Source of the DNA: Octopus sinensis
Lineage: Eukaryota
NCBI RefSeq assembly: GCF_006345805.1
Contig: NC_043000.1
Span: 104,408,001-104,472,000 of the forward strand
Direction of reading: 5' to 3'
DNA length: 64,000 nt
The notes beneath the pieces were generated by a model. The model did no database searches. It was given only the letters and a program-made list of their open reading frames with translations, and was not told where the DNA came from. The translations under genes and the position numbers were made by a program. Below are positions 37,671 to 51,518 of this stretch, piece by piece. How positions within the stretch are numbered: position 1 is the first letter of the stretch; each line of letters starts with the position of its first letter.

Positions 37671-39541
37671 AAATGTTGCTTTGTGTATGTGTGTGTAATT
37701 TGTAATCCTGATAAAGTCAGATTGTTAAGTTCGAAGAGTAGAAAAGTTCACAATGAGTGACATTGCAGTTCAACTAAAACTAGTCTTATGGATGAAGAAT
37801 CTAGAATATTCTTTTCTTCTGTTTCCACAAGTAGCACCTTTGTAGTGGGAGTATTTGTTAAATAAAATTTCTTTGAGCAGCAAAATATGTGAAATTATTA
37901 CTCTTATTGATTACTAGAGGATTTCTGTTGGACAAACTTGTTCATACATCTGCACATATATGTGCAGGCCTGGGCAGGCTTTTTTGAGAAAGATTAGCAG
38001 TTGCCCATGCATCCAAGTTACCCTTCTTCACTCCACTGCTGTTATACCAGTTTGCATCAATACAGAAGTATCAGTGCAAACTTGAAACCTTTCTATTGGA
38101 TAACAACAGTGTCATTGCAGGTGAAAATTTATTCAAACAATTCACTTGTAAAGTGAAGTTGAATGCATGAAATTGTGTCATAGTCATATCATTATGATAT
38201 GAATAAAGTCCATCTCTGCATGAGATAGCTACTATAAAGTCAATGATACCCTACCTGCAAAAGTTGTAAATTTTTACTTGTTAGAAACTGAGCAAAGCAT
38301 TGGTTGATATCCATTTGCTTTTCTCTGAGAACATTCATTGATATAATTGCAGAAAATCTACAAGATAAGGAAAGAGCTACAAAGACACACCAAATTGGAA
38401 ACTGATGTTGCTGAGAGTATGAACATCAAGACATGGTATTTTGAACAATACTGGAGTGTTGTTCAAAATGTTTGTAGTATTTAGTTATAGCTTTTTATAT
38501 TGCAAGTTCAAATCCTGCAGAGATCAGTTTTATCTTTCCCGAGTTGATTAAAATAAAGTATCAGCCCAGCCAAGTAGTGACTGATTTAATATTCTTACAA
38601 AGATTCCTGATGTGAATGAAACTAAAATAGAAGATAAAAACACATTTTTAACTGTAATATTACTACTTTTATTGCAAGGGTATTGTCTTAAGATTTACAA
38701 TGTAAAAAATGATGTTAAATAATCTTTAACCTAATTTAATATTCATAAATCCAACCTGTATTCAATAAACTCAATTGACAAACATTTATGCATAAAATAT
38801 TTCCATATTTTATAAATGATAATGCAAATCCTGTGATATTCAACATTAACTCTGAAATTAATACTGATCCATCTTCTGGCCCATTGAAAGGTACTCAATG
38901 AATTTATTATTAAATAAGGACAAACTTGATAGAGTAGCTGTTAAACACCTTCTTGTATTTAGCTTGGTCCCTCTATCATTCTTTGTTCAAATTCTTCCAA
39001 TGTTGCCATTGCCTTTTATTCTCCTACTGTTAGTAAAATATATATCAGCAAATATTATTCTTAGTTTATTCAATTATACTTCTCTTCCTAATGTGTGGGT
39101 TTGTGTCTTGGATTGGTAAAATTGTTAGTATGTTGGGCAAAATGCCATTATTCTTTTACTTATTTCAGTTATTTGACTGTGGCTATGTTGGAGTACCACC
39201 TTAAGTTGAACAAATCAACCCCAGGACTTATTCTTTGTAAGCCTAGTACTTATTCTATTGTCTCTTTTGCTGAACTGCTAAGTTATGGGGATGTAAACAT
39301 ACCAACATCAGTTGTCAAGCAATGGTGAGGTGACAAACACACATACACATACACACACACACATAAATATATATATATATATATATTGTGACCGCGTGTG
39401 TACCGTTGGCGATTTTTTTTCCTCTGTCTTCCCTTCTCTGGATCTTTCCTGAGCGTCCAATAATACTATATTTGTTCCACGTCCTCACGTTGTTGTGTTT
39501 TCTCTTTGTGTTTTCATGCTTGGATTAACTATATATATATA

Positions 39542-39579
<38 letters not shown>

Positions 39580-40045
39580 GATGGGCTTCTTTCAGTTTCT
39601 GTCTATCAAGTCTATCAAATTCACTCACCTCACAAGGCTTTGGTTGGCCTGAAGCTATAGTAGAAGACATGTGCCATGCAGTTGGACTGAACTCAGAACC
39701 ATGTGGTTGGAAAGCAAGCTTCTTACCACACAGCCACACCTGTTTACAGTTCTATATTAAAACATGTGCTATTTTCAATATGTTGACAACTTGTGCAGTC
39801 ACGCACAAAATAACAGCTCCCAAGCCCTATTTCCTGACTGGGTAAAAATGATCAAACTTTAAAACCTCTATAACTTTTTTCTTAAAAATTTCTGGCAAAA
39901 ATATATATACAGTGTAATCTGAGATAACCTGCTCCACCTGGTATTTAGTTATGGACTGTTATGTTCTAAGTTCAAATTCTGTTGAAGTTGATTGTCTTTT
40001 TCTTCCACAAAGATCAATAAAATAAAATAACAGTTAAATAAAGTG

Positions 40046-40176
40046 GGATGCTTGGCAAATTGCAGGTTGCTTGGCAAATTGCAGGATGCTTGGCAAATTG
40101 TGGGATGCTTGGCAAATTGCGGGATGATTGGCAAATTGCAGGATGCTTGGTAAATTGCGGGATGCTTGGCAAATTG
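40046..40176. repeat. Minisatellite, 7 x 19 bp (GGATGCTTGGCAAATTGCA/G)
   Basis: Units start at 40046, 40065, 40084, 40103, 40122, 40141 and 40160. Confidence 0.95.
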
Positions 40177-40823
40177 ACTGTTCTTGCTCTCTCAAATCAT
40201 TGAGTCCTTGCAGCTATTTAAAAAATTTCTCATTATGGTAGTGATGTAGAAGATTTATTTTTGAAGTGGCTCCAATCAGTTTTGTATCAGGTCTATGGCA
40301 TAATGGTGGTTGACCAAACAAAACATTTGACTGACATTTCCATTTATTTTGGCTACTATATTGAACAGATCAATCAACAATTTAGAAATTTCTGTGTTTG
40401 TTTTAACTTTCTTGTTGGCTTGACTGGAAACTAGTGTTTCATATTTCTAATCACAATGCAGACATAAAATGATACAAAAATATGTGCAAACCAATGAGGG
40501 ATCCTTTGTATGGTTGTTTCACCTGCTAGAAAAAGCAACCAGATTTCCCTCAAATCATATTTTACTGTTTTGAAAAGGAAAGGACACATTAGATATTGTC
40601 AGTTATTACTAAAAGGACAGGATGGTCACAACAAGAATACCAATGAACATAGGTTTTATTTTGTATTCCTATAAATGTTGATGGTAATTAACTATCTTGC
40701 AAATGAAGATTGCAATAACAACATTGATGATGTTTTTGTTAGAAAAAAATAAACATAATCAAACAAATAATCATAACAACCAACTAAAATATTCTAAAGA
40801 AGTTTTATTATTCTCTTTTTCAG

Positions 40824-40858
40824 GAACATCTATTCGCCAGATTTTGTCCCACCAAGAG
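40824..40858 (+). CDS. ADHFE1: Probable ADHFE1 exon 2 (35 nt; (W)NIYSPDFVPPR(G))
   Basis: Strong ttattctctttttcag acceptor and AG|gtaagt donor. It bridges exon 1 (phase 2) to exon 3 (phase 1) in an open frame. The peptide is not conserved. Confidence 0.55.
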
Positions 40859-43078
40859 GTAAGTGAGGATTTCTTTAACATCAAATTTGTGCTTATTTTA
40901 CACATGTTGCTGGCATTAGGCAACTCTGATCCACAGCTGTACAAATATATGCTGATGACCCACAAATTCAACTAAGTAGTTACAAAATCCATTTTTTGTG
41001 GGATTTTTTAGGGAAAAGGGAAAACTGCTACTTAGGGTTGTACTTTGATCACTATAAGTAGACCTGCTGGATGACAGTTGTGAGTATGCACCTCTTGCAA
41101 GGGTGCATTTATGAATTAGGGAAGAATAGAATAGAATAAAAGCAATTAATTGTTGAATGCCAACAAGTGCAATGAATCATGCAAAGACTTGAACACAGAA
41201 CTATAAGCAGTGAATACATGCATGCACACACACACATATTGGTGCAGACATGATTGTGTGGTTAAGAAGTTCACTTTGAAACCATGTAGTTTTGGGTTCA
41301 GTCCCTACTGCTCCAATGCTCAGCATCTTGGGATGCCCCAAGCTAACCAATGCCTTGTGAGTGAATTTGATTGACAGAAACTTTATTAAGCTTTCCATAT
41401 GTGTGTGTGTGTGTGTGTGTGTGCATGTGTGTAATCCCACTCCACCTGCTTTCTCCTCCACTCCAGCTTTCTTAGTTGCCTTCCTTCCCCTCCCTCGAAC
41501 CACCTCCATTTCCCATTGTCTTCCTCCACCTGCTGTCTCTACCTGTTACCTCTTTTCTTAAACTTTCTCTCTCCTGTGTGGTTAATGCCTAGCTTATCTG
41601 CTATCACCCTCTGTGCTCTCATGTGTCTGCTGCAGCCCCACTCCCTGCACCTCTTCTGTATTTCACTCCGTCATTTGCCACAGTTACTACTATCCTGCCC
41701 ACTTGTGTGACTTGGGCCTCCATGTTATCTTGCTTGTTCTCAGTGCCTCTAGTGTCCCTTGGGTATGTCCCAGTGCGTCTTTTTCACCATCTCTTTCACT
41801 ATTGTCCTCTGGCTCACCCTCCTTTCTTTTCCAACTGGGATCCCCATGTGTCTGCTCTACAGCAGGACACTATCTTTGTCTCTCTCTGCCTTTGATCTCT
41901 TGTTGGCTGGCACAGGGCCACCCACCTCTTAGGTGCTGCTCCCCTCTCCTAGCTATAGGAATTTTTCTTGCAGGATGCTTGGCAACCCTGTCAGTGCTGG
42001 TGTCACATGGGTGCATTAGTTTTGGTGCCACGTGTGTGTGTGCATGCGTGTGTGTGTGTGTATATATGTGTGGGTGGGTGCTGGTGCTGATGTTCATATG
42101 AAATGCACCCAGTACACTCTGTAAAGTGGTTGGCATTAGGCAGGGCATCCAGCCATAGAAACCACACCAAAGCAGACAATAAAGAGTGGTGTAGCTCCTG
42201 GTCCTACCAGCTCCTGTCAAACCAGCCAACCCATGCCAGCATGGAAAACAGATGTTAAAGGATGATGTTGATGATGGTGTATTGGTGAATGTTCAGGAAT
42301 GTTGATATTTCACTACTTGTGCAAAGCAGTGTTGATGTTGACATTCATTGTTGACACTTTTGAACACATTTGGTATATAAAAATATCCCTTACCTGAAAA
42401 CAGGATAAGCTTGACAGCAGGAAGAGCTGTAAAATCTTGCCTCAAATCAATTCCCAACTAAGCCATGCTAACATGGTAAAGTAGATGTCATTTGAACAAA
42501 TGAACAATACGTACATATATATACATGCATGTAATAACATACATACTTCTTAACTGGCATTTTCCCTTCAATTGAAGTATAGTAAGTTTTGTCAAATTTT
42601 ATCTTGTTTCTTTCCAGACCAGCCTTATTGATAAAAACTATGATGAAAAGCATTCTGTGTTTATTGCCAAACAAATATTCTGTGTTTATTGTCCAATTTT
42701 TGGTGTTGCAACCCAGTATACTAAATGTGAATGATAGAATAACATTATATTCATATTTTACAAACAGGAGTAAGAAATAGTACCAAAAAATACTTCATAA
42801 TTTAAAACATTTTGGTAAGAAGCACAGATAAAAAAAAATCAGGAGAGACTTCTGTTTATATATAGATTTCAAACATTAAGATGTTGTCAAAACACTTGCC
42901 AGGATTACTCCTATTCATTCTCTATTCTTTCTTCATTTTTTTCTCTCAGTGAATTGTCTTCCCTCTGCCTGTGTGTTATCTTTTTCTCTGTCTCTCCCTT
43001 CTCTTCCTTCCATACTCTCATACCTTTTGATATAATAATGCTATTACTAATGGAATGATCTAATATATTAAAGTTTAA

Positions 43079-43299
43079 CCCTTTAGCATTTAAACCAGCC
43101 ATATCCGGCCAATAGTATTCTACCTGTTTTATGTTCAAACTGGCCAGATCTGGTCTCTCAGACCAACCCTACAATATCGTTTTAAAAATTAACAGCTACC
43201 TCATCAAAATCTCATAGCTACAAGATAATGCATGATTAATTCAAAACAATGTGGATAAAAATGGATTAATTTTGGCAGAATAATGCAAACACTAAAGGG
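43079..43299. mobile_element. piggyBac-type MITE
   Basis: TTAA|CCCTTTAG...CTAAAGGG|TTAA. Confidence 0.85.
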
Positions 43300-45270
43300 T
43301 TAAGGTTATGGAAGAAAGAATTAGCTGAGTGCCTTCTGGTTTTTGGTTATATTTCTTTGAGTTCTGATTCCAATTTCCACTGAGGTATCATCCTCTCAAG
43401 GTCAATAAAATAAGTACTAGGGAGGAATTAGTGCTGGTATAATTGGCTATCCTCCTCTTCTTCATTGCTTGCATGAGTTGGGTTGGTCTTTGTCAAAACA
43501 ACATCTCATAACTTGTGATACTTTAATATCTTCTTGAAGTTCAGCATTTTTTGACCAGCTTTCATCTCTTCTTCCAGTACCTTCCTTGATCATCTTCTGT
43601 TGCAGGTTCTTTCCGTTTGGATTGCTTGGCACTTTTTAACTTAACTCACATCCTTTGTACATTTCACTTATTCACACAAATACAACTTCTATTTTTTATT
43701 CTACAGCTATTTCCTCTTATGTCCAGTTTTTCTTTTAGTTTGTTTGTGCTGTGTCATTCATGCACACTCAAATTACATAGACAGCAGAACATGCTCACTT
43801 CATTTCTTTCTTGTCTTTGCACATCTGCCACATTCAGTGCCTATATTTTACTCCCATGAAATACCCCTCTTTACAAAAGTATCATATAATCTTCCTTGTA
43901 CCCAGAGGTTCTCTTCTTTTTTGCCAACAGAGGTAATAGCTCCTTAAACTTTTCCACCCCATTTTATGCTTGCTACTATGCTTATTGTACACCCACCAGT
44001 TAAAGAATGTCTTAGCTACTTCTAAGGAAATTTCCTGGTATTTTAAGAGTTCATTTATTGCAGAGGTTCTCAAAGTGGATGGTACTGCCTCCATGGGGTC
44101 ACTGGGCATGTTGAAGGGGATGTTAGTCTTTAAGGTAACATAATTAACACACTAAATTTTACCTTTAGTAGTAATTATATTACACATGATAAAACTAGTG
44201 ATGGTTATTAAAATAAAAGGCGAAATAAGTAGTGTGCTGTGATTTTCTAAAATTAGGTTGAGCAACTGTGTAGAATCTATGCTGTTGCTCAACCTGATAT
44301 GGAAAATTTAGCTATCAGGTATAAGGAAATCATTAATTTGCTATGTATAAAGTAAATTTACAACTTGCATCTTTATTAATTTTTAATCATTTCACTGTTA
44401 AAAGCTTATACAATCCATTTTTTGAGTAAAACTTATAAATCATCATCCACATTAAGTTAGTTTAGTCATGATACCTCTCTCACCACTCAGGTGGGTGCTA
44501 GGCATGATTACTTAAAAAGGAACACTACAAAAAAAAAAAAAAGGTTAAGAACTACTGATTTAATGAATGCTTTCACTGCTAACTACTTCTGGGCATCTGC
44601 TACATTTAAAGTCTTGTTCTAGTTTGTCTATAATCCCACAGTCTGTCTTGTATTTCTGTAGTATACATTATGATTATGAATTTTAGGGGAATTCAAGAAA
44701 AAAAAAGGGGGGGGGGGCAAAAATAACTTTTTTTCTAGGTTATTTTGATAAGAGCATTGTTTTAGATTAGATAATTTATCTGACAAATTAACCTGAAGAA
44801 GCATGGTAAAAATATTGAGTATGTGTGAGTTTTTATTAAGGAAAAAATGCTTGATATTCACAGAGGGTTTTTTTCTTTTTTTCTTGCAATATAAGGATGG
44901 TCTATTATGGAAAGATGTAACTCCACTTTGATTGTTTAATCAAAGATGAACAATCTTAAACTCTGCACTGTTTACAGTGCAGTATTTAGGAAAAACAAAA
45001 CAAAAACAAAACAAATGAACAAACCAATGATCCTTCATTGATACTTTGGTCCATTAATCTTTATTCTTTGCTAATCGACCTGCAATGTTTTAATCCAGTT
45101 AGTGGTAACAGACTTTAGTGGTGACTATATAATTGGATTCTAAATAGTTTAATTTTTTTATTTAATTATTTTTGGTATCAGCCATGTTACTAGTTAACTC
45201 TTAGTATAACAACATCATTTGCACTGTGTACACTGAGATCTGACACAATTATTTGCATATTTATTCTTAA

Positions 45271-45483
45271 CCTTTTTGTTATCATATTTTTAGTAACATA
45301 TGCTGCCTTTATTTCAATTATATATTTTTTAATGAAAAATTTAGTAAAATAACTTTCTAATTATTAAGCCTGGAACAATTTAGCAAAAAATTTTGTTGGA
45401 AGATTATAATTTAGATCATTTTAAAACAGTAAGTTCATGCTATATAACTTGGGGCAGTCTCAAGCAGCTTGGTATCAAAAGGA
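45271..45483. mobile_element. piggyBac-type MITE, older
   Basis: TTAA|CCTTTTTGTTATC...GGTATCAAAAGGA|TTAG (imperfect TIR and TSD). Confidence 0.6.
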
Positions 45484-45848
45484 TTAGTACATCCAGACAG
45501 GTTCAGATGCCAAATATAATGGTTGCTGTAATGTATGTCATAGGAGAATAATTTCTCTTTTTTACGATGACTGTTTTCAACACACTTGGCTCATTGGGAG
45601 ACTGGTTTAGGAAATGTGTCTCATCAGCCAGAAGCACCCAGATGTTCGAGCCTGAACCAAACTGCTAGTTTTTTGTAAAACATTTTTCTAGTGTATATAG
45701 CTGTATATATGCTACTGTATGCTGTTTACAGAAATCTACAGCTGATAGAATTTGACATACTTGTACAGCTGATGATTTTTCATCACTAATTAAGAAAAAC
45801 ATAGAACTTAAATTTCAGTAGAGTGAAAAGACTGTTGAATATGTATAC

Positions 45849-46005
45849 CAGTGGTTCCCAACCTGTGGTTCGTGGACCCCTGGTGGTCTATAAAGGTAGT
45901 ACTGGGGGTCCATGAACATGTTAAGCTGACAGACCTTTCAATATCCTGGGGTATCCTCATTTAAATAAAAGGGGTCCTTGGTAGTGAAAAAGTTGGGAAC
46001 CACTG
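45849..46005. mobile_element. hAT (Charlie-like) MITE
   Basis: TIR CAGTGGTTCCCAAC/GTTGGGAACCACTG; 8 bp TSD ATGTATAC/ATGTACAC. Confidence 0.9.
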
Positions 46006-46639
46006 ATGTACACTGCTTGTCATCTAACAATTATGGTAGTACCCACAAGACATTCTATTCAAGCATTGCATGTGCTGGTGAACAGAGAATGATGTCATAA
46101 ATATCATACGTAGGATCTGAACTTGTAACATTCAACATATATAAATTGAAGAAATAAAGAAAGTTGTCAGAAATTAGTGTACATCGATAATCGGAATATT
46201 TATAATGATTAAAAATTTTTAATTTTTGTAATTTTTTTGGTTTTCTTAATTATTTGTGTGACATGAATGGTGTTATTTATTGGCTTTATGTCATACATGT
46301 TATAAATACATACATGGGTAATGGAACACAATTCTGGCTGATCATTGATAACATAATGTTGTGTGACATTATAGAAAAATGACTAAGGGGATTTTACTTA
46401 ACTGAAATTAAAGTCATGATAAAGAGAAAATCATTAGCTTAATATTAATTCTGGGCAAGAATGACATTGGAAACAACTCCCAAATGTTAAAATTATTTAT
46501 TTCCCTTGGTTTTCTTGACTAGAATTTATCATGAATTCACTGTAAAACTCCTGACTGTATAGGATTTGTCAGAAAGATATATTGTTGGCAACTAATAATG
46601 TAAAAAAGCTTAGGTTTGTTTGTTTAGCATACATCATAA

Positions 46640-47560
46640 TCATAATCATTTAGCATCCGTTTTCCATGCTGGCATAGGTCAGACTGTTTGACTGGAACTG
46701 GTAAACCAGAGAGCTGTACCATGCTTTAGTCTGATCTTGGCTTGGTTTCTACAGCTGGACACCCTTCTTAATGCCAACCACTCCAAGAGTGTAGTTGGTG
46801 CCTTTTATGTATCACCATTACAGGTACCTTTTTTGTGTCATCAGCACAATTCATGACTATGATTTCACTTGGCCTGACATGACTTCTCAAGCATAGCAAA
46901 CAACCAAAGGTCTTGATCATTTGTCATCACCTCCATGAGACCCAACATCTGAAGATCATGTTTCACCACCTTGTCCCATGTCTTCTTGGATCTACCTCTT
47001 CCACAGGTTCCCTCTACAGTTAGTGATGATTGACACTTCTTTACACAGCTGTTCTTGTCCATACACATCATAAGACCATACCAACACATTTTTTCTTGTA
47101 CACCACATCTGGTGCCTCTTATGCCCAATTTTTCTCTCAAGATGCTTACACTTTGCTGTATATGCACACTGACATTGCTCATCCAGTGAAGCATACTAGC
47201 TTCATTTCTTTAGAGCATTTGCATGTCCTCTGCAGTCACAGCTCATGTTTCACTGCCATGTAGCATGGCTGTCAACACACAGTTATCATACAATCTGCCT
47301 TTCATTTTGAGGGAGGGGTTCTTTGTTGACAAAGGTAGAAGCTCTCTGAACTTTGGTCAGCCCATTCTTATTCTAGCAGCTATGCTCTCAGAGCATCCTC
47401 CACCACTACTGACTTGGTCATGCAGGTAATGGAAGCTATCAACTACTTCTAAGTATCCCCACTGGCATTTGATGGAGTCTATTTTCTGTACATTTCTTGT
47501 GTTTATTGTATCTGTATATCTGCCTCACACAAAACTATTTTCCCTGTTAACCTTCTTCTG
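46640..47560 (-). mobile_element. RTE LINE 3' fragment
   Basis: LREKLGIRG...WYGLMM...VEGTCGRGRSKKTWDKVVKHDL plus family tail. Confidence 0.85.
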
Positions 47561-48592
47561 ATATTGCTGTATCTCTTATGCATCCATAGCTTGCACCAGG
47601 TACATCTTATGGAATTTCTACCTACGCCTTTCCTACATATTGATCAGGGTCGTCTACCTGAAGAGATTTGTGATATGTCTGCTTTCCTACTTACTAAGAC
47701 CTGAAATTTCTACTCTAGTTCTGATAGTCACTCAAGATATCTATATTACATTAATTTCACCTCTTTTCTATGAGTCATTTTTCTATCTCTAAATTATGTG
47801 TGATTTCTGTCAAATTTTATATGTTGGTTAATATGTTATGCAACCTTCCCAGATAAGGTTATAAGTTAATGTGTACTTAGTTTATCATCATCATAATTAT
47901 CTATTGATATTTTGTGGCCTTGGATTTTCACTATTTAATAAGGACATAAACTCTTTAATTCAGTACTTTTTTTTGCTTTCTTTGTTCACCCAGATAAGGC
48001 TGCTTCACTGTAATGGTGGTCTATGTGGGGTTTTAAACTCAGAATGTATGGATCCAAACTAGCTACTACAAAGTGTCTCATCCAATGCTGTAACAGTTTC
48101 ACCAGTCCTTCACTCTGGACTAGTATCCATCTCATTCACAAAGGATGAAATACAAAGCTTACTTCAGTAGGATTTGCAGAGAGTCACAACAAATACCCAC
48201 AAGGCATTTGATCTGACATTTTAACAACACTTGTCAATTTGATACCTTTTGTATATTTATTGTTTACAGTTTTTTATTTAAAATTATTTATATTACACTT
48301 TTTTATAATATGTCTATGACCCAAAATAATTATTAAAAATGTATTTTTTTTCACCTTATTTTTAGAAAAATTTGAAGGTTATAAAGAAAATGTTATCTCC
48401 TCATTTAGTCACTTCTTCATTGCTATCTAAACAATGAAGTCATATATGCATACTTATTATATCAAACTCTGTTACTGTGGTCAACTTTGCATCCTTAAAA
48501 GTTAAATTTGACTAGCATAGCTTTTCAGTTACTGCTCACAATATACTAATTTTCAAACTTGGGATATTCAGAAAAGAAGTAATGCTCTATAT

Positions 48593-51518
48593 CAAAGGCT
48601 CTCAACCCATTTTGGCCAGAGGCCCCCTTTTCACCCTTGGAGTCACAATGAGATAAACATGTTGTCTATTGAAAAAGTACTCTTTGGTACAAGTAAATGC
48701 CCATGAAATCATTTCAAATCTTTCCGATTTCCCTTATCAAAACAGCTAGAACTTGTGCAACTATCTGACGTGTACATTATTGTCACCCGGAAAGAGGATT
48801 TTTCATGCTCAAGAAAGAGAGTGTATTTGATAGAAATTGTTGAAATACATATGTACTTCATATGAGTAGCAAATTATGGAGGATGGTATTCACTGTACTT
48901 GGATCTAGTTAGTTTGAGTCACAAAATCAGCCCCTTTTAAAATGACTTTAAAAAATCTGAAAATTTATTATATTAAACATTCATTTCTTATTCAGGATCT
49001 AGTTTTGTTTCATTCACAAAATCTGCATTTTTTAAAAGGAACTAAAAAATCTGAAAATTGGTTATCTTGATGCAGTTTTCCATGCTTATTCCTATGAAGC
49101 CTTGAACTTCTGGAGAAGAAATTTGCCACACACAAAATTTTTTTTCTAATTCGTGGTTTTAAAATCTACAGTCCGAATCTACTGGTCGTTTCTCTTTATA
49201 ATTTCCAAATAACCTTTTGTATACTTCAAAATCAAAATTGTGTAAATATGTGTGTCAGAAACAGTAGTTAAAAATTAAGGAAATAGATTTTTGGGAGATT
49301 TCTTATAATGACTGACTTTTATTCTATTATTCTGATGTCTTCTGAAACTTATACATATACATGTATAAATACATACAGAAACATACAAATACATACACAC
49401 ACATACATTTTTACAGAGTTAGTTTTATATACATCCTTGTATATGGGTTGGTGCATAATTATTATGGCTTTTTTTCAACAAATTTATTCAACACAAACAT
49501 CTTTAAATGACAAAAACATCTTTAAATGACAGAGATGGTGAATATGCTCCGGAATAAGCATTTAAAGAGATTTTTGTTACATATTGTTATTGTTTTTGTT
49601 GAATAAAATTTGTTGAAAAAAAGTCACCATAATTATGCACCAACCCAATATAAATATTTCGGCATAGTTACACAATTGTGCCCCAAAGATTTGCTTCTGC
49701 ATAACCTTGAGAAAATTAAATATCTCTTTTCTACAAATATACTTTAGATCATGTAGATTCTGATTAAATTGGAATTCATTGTGAAAACCATTTGTCCTTA
49801 GAGGAGTTTTAGAAAATTCACACCATTAGGCTTTGATGTGTATCTCTCTCTCTCTCCATATATATATGTGGGTGTATACATATTGTTTTAATTATATCTT
49901 TATACACACACACATACACACATGAATGACTGGTACACTGTCGTTTACAACAGTCACAAGTATCTAAAATTTCTTCACCACTGTTCCAACTTCATTTTTC
50001 CTCTTAAAAAGAAGGCTTTCGTCTACTTGGACTATATGCACAGCTATCTGTTGGCTAATATTGCTGATGGATATGCAGTATGTCACTGGCATTTCACATA
50101 TGACGTGAAAAAGTGTGAAAACCGTCAATTGACTTTCTTCTATAAAAGTACTAAAATATTATTTGGAAATTATAAAGAGAAACGAATGCTAGATTCAGAC
50201 TGTCAGTATTTTAAAACAACAAATTAAAAAAAGAAAATGGTGGGTGGGAGATTTTGTTTTGCTGCATAATCATATCAATTCCATTATACAGAAGACAGAA
50301 TCAAAAACATCTAGTAAAAATTCGTAAAAATACAAAAATTACAAGGAGTTTTAGCACGTGCTTACATCATAATTCCACCCATTCATATATATATATATGT
50401 ATATAAGTGTGTGTTTGCTAGTGTCTGTTTTTCCTTTGGTTTTTGTTTACTTATACACATCAACAAATGACCCAATAAGTTACTCACTGTGTGGTTGTTC
50501 AATTTGCTAGAAATAACAGCCAAGTCTTCCTCATACTATGCTCTTGTTAGTATTAAAGGAAGGGAAAATGTTTACTCCTCTCTATCATTACAATTAAAAT
50601 TAATATTCTTGATTTTGTTCAGCTCTATGAATTTAATTTTTTTTTAAATGCTTCTGTCCATTGCTTGATACAGAAAATTGGAAAATCCTGACCAAAACAG
50701 AAAAATTCTAACTTAAGAAAAAATATAGAAAGAGAAAGAAAAGATTCTGTTTTCCAAAGCCAAAAGATGTGTTTTTAGCTGGGATGTAATTTTATGATTA
50801 AAACAAATTCAGAATTTGACTTTCAGAACTTACCACATTATCTGGTGTATATCCACAATTCAAATGGGTACAAAACCTAAAACAAATGTGTGTGTGTGTA
50901 TGGTTGGGTCTTTAATAGCCAGGGGTCAATTTAAGTTCAATCGCAGAAAGGAATTCAAAACGGCAACAGACGCAATCATATTCATACAAACGCACCCATA
51001 CATACACACACATACACAAATACATACCTGTCAGCCACTCTCAAAAGCCAGTTTGATCCAAAATTCTGACCACCATTCTTTATATATTTGGGCACACACA
51101 CACACACACATTCAGCTTTCCGCTTTTATTCATTACTTTTTTCTTTTAATTGTCTGCCACTATTCATCTGTTTTTTGGTTTTGTTTTGGGGGCTTCACTT
51201 TAGCAACACCAGTTACACATGATACCAGGAATTTGCTTGGTGTTGTCAAAGTGGAAAAAAGTTTTTTTGAGTTTTTGAAAATTTAAAACAAAAACACATG
51301 GTTTCTTTAAAACCGACTGTCACAGAAATGTGAAAATATGGCTACTACTCGTTAATTCCAAATTAATAATTACTGAAGACGAGGGTCTTCCAGCACCTCA
51401 CTAGCACCCCCAAGTCTCCTAACGACCTCCCCCTAGTGTCTCTTTGCTCCAAAATGCATCCCTTGAGCCTCAAATGGTCCCCGGGGTGGGGGCATATGGC
51501 CCCTGTTGAGAACCTTTG
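48593..51518. mobile_element. 2.9 kb non-autonomous or decayed hAT element with perfect TSD
   Basis: TIRs CAAAGGCTCTCAAC / GTTGAGAACCTTTG; identical 8 bp flanks CTCTATAT (48585-48592, 51519-51526). Confidence 0.85.
49444..49648. mobile_element. mariner-type MITE nested in the hAT element
   Basis: TA|TGGGTTGGTGCATAATT...AATTATGCACCAACCCAA|TA. Confidence 0.9.

Noticed and set aside
40046-40176. CRISPR-like array
   Set aside because: Contiguous tandem units with no unique spacers, in eukaryotic intronic DNA.
45560-45635. Minus-strand CTGATGA-GACACAT..GTGTGTT-GAAA with a 7 bp helix II
   Set aside because: Helix III is disrupted and there is no helix I; at most a dead relic. Similar weak hits at about 44793, 47658 and 63511.
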